This document shows, one piece after another, positions 19,171 to 20,000 of a stretch of DNA of 20,000 nt. The stretch spans positions 44,691 through 64,690 of the forward strand of contig JYFJ02002037.1 of the NCBI GenBank assembly GCA_000934665.2. The letters run 5' to 3'. The notes under the pieces were generated by a model. The model saw nothing but the letters and a program-made list of their open reading frames with translations, did no database searches and was not told the origin of the DNA. The stretch comes from Catajapyx aquilonaris (taxonomy: Eukaryota). The translations under genes and the position numbers were made by a program. Each line of letters starts with the position of its first letter. Within the stretch, counting starts at the first letter, position 1.

Positions 19171-19572
19171 ATGATTAAAACATTTTTGCATACCGTAACC
19201 AACCTGACCCAACCAGTGCACCTGCACTGGTTTGAAAGCTGGGGATCAAGCATCTGCCTAGTGTGTGGGAAAGTGGGAAAGCCAGAGCCACGGCCAGAGC
19301 AGACATGCTGCCCTGATCTGTTGTTTCAAAAAAACAACCTTATCTTATTATTTTTATTATATTATTATTAATTATTACAATCACCCACCCTTCCTCTTCC
19401 TGGTCACCCTCTGCCTCCACACCAGCCGGGGCCTCCAGTCCACCCCTCTCGTGATGATGAGTGAGGAAGACTAGTTCCAATTAGAAGGAGAGATGAGACC
19501 TGGATGGATCCCAACTCCCAAGTCCCTTTTAAGGCCGATCAAACTCTTTCTTCTTTCCCTTTCCTGCTTTCC

Positions 19573-19975
19573 TGGGCTGTGTTTTTGACCCCTCTCCAGG
19601 AAGATGGAGAGGAGAGGTGGAAGAGGGCGGGGCTTCCGGAATATCCCCCACATCCCCCCTCTCCACTATTAAACCCAAAAACGGGCGGAATGGTGTAGCT
19701 AGGGGAGAAGGCCCTCAAAACAGTTGAGAAGAGCGCGAGGCGAGGGCCCTGGGCCCAAGGAGGTTTAATTCTGCAACCAAATCCTTGGGCTGTGTTTTTA
19801 CTCCCTCTCCAGGAAGATGGAGAGGGGGCGTGGTCTCTACCCTAGCGTTTTTGGTGCCTCTCCAGAAAGTTGGAGAGGGGGGAAATGGGGGGTGAAATGG
19901 GCGGAGCTCTCCACAAAATCCCAAAAAGTGTCTTCTCTCCTCGGAGGTGGAAGAGACTTTCTGGAGAGGGGGGTG
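19573..19975. repeat. Diverged direct repeats built on a CCTCTCCA-N6-TGGAGAGG palindrome
   Basis: TGGGCTGTGTTTTT...CCTCTCCAGGAAGATGGAGAGG at 19573 and 19786, a third palindrome at 19857-19878, and half-units near 19660, 19907 and 19962. Confidence 0.75.
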
Positions 19976-20000
19976 GAGCGGAGGGAGGGCGGGAAGCGGG

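Noticed and set aside
19573..19880. CRISPR-like array of palindromic repeats
   Set aside because: Eukaryotic context, irregular spacing, diverged repeats, related spacers and no cas genes.

Overview
Metazoan, probably arthropod, genomic DNA (one N at 6860). The left 11.7 kb holds the 5' end of a kibra/WWC-family gene (Hippo pathway scaffold) on the minus strand. Four GT-AG coding exons (11413-11229, 5612-5503, 5407-5313, 2613-2505) encode two WW domains and the start of the coiled coil, and the gene runs off the left edge. Its introns and promoter are nearly free of recognisable transposons but rich in TEAD/Scalloped sites (CATTCC/GGAATG), consistent with a Yorkie/YAP feedback enhancer landscape. 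An upstream out-of-frame ATG opens a 147-codon overlapping frame that stays open across three splice junctions. Upstream of the gene are two promoter-proximal foldback MITEs and a dense transcription-factor motif cluster. From about 13.5 kb there is a tightly packed, partly nested pile of non-autonomous elements: two tRNA-derived SINEs, a Transib-like element with RSS-like ends, pogo-like, piggyBac-like and hAT-like MITEs, and a long-TIR element. All counts and alignments were done by eye; no searches were run.
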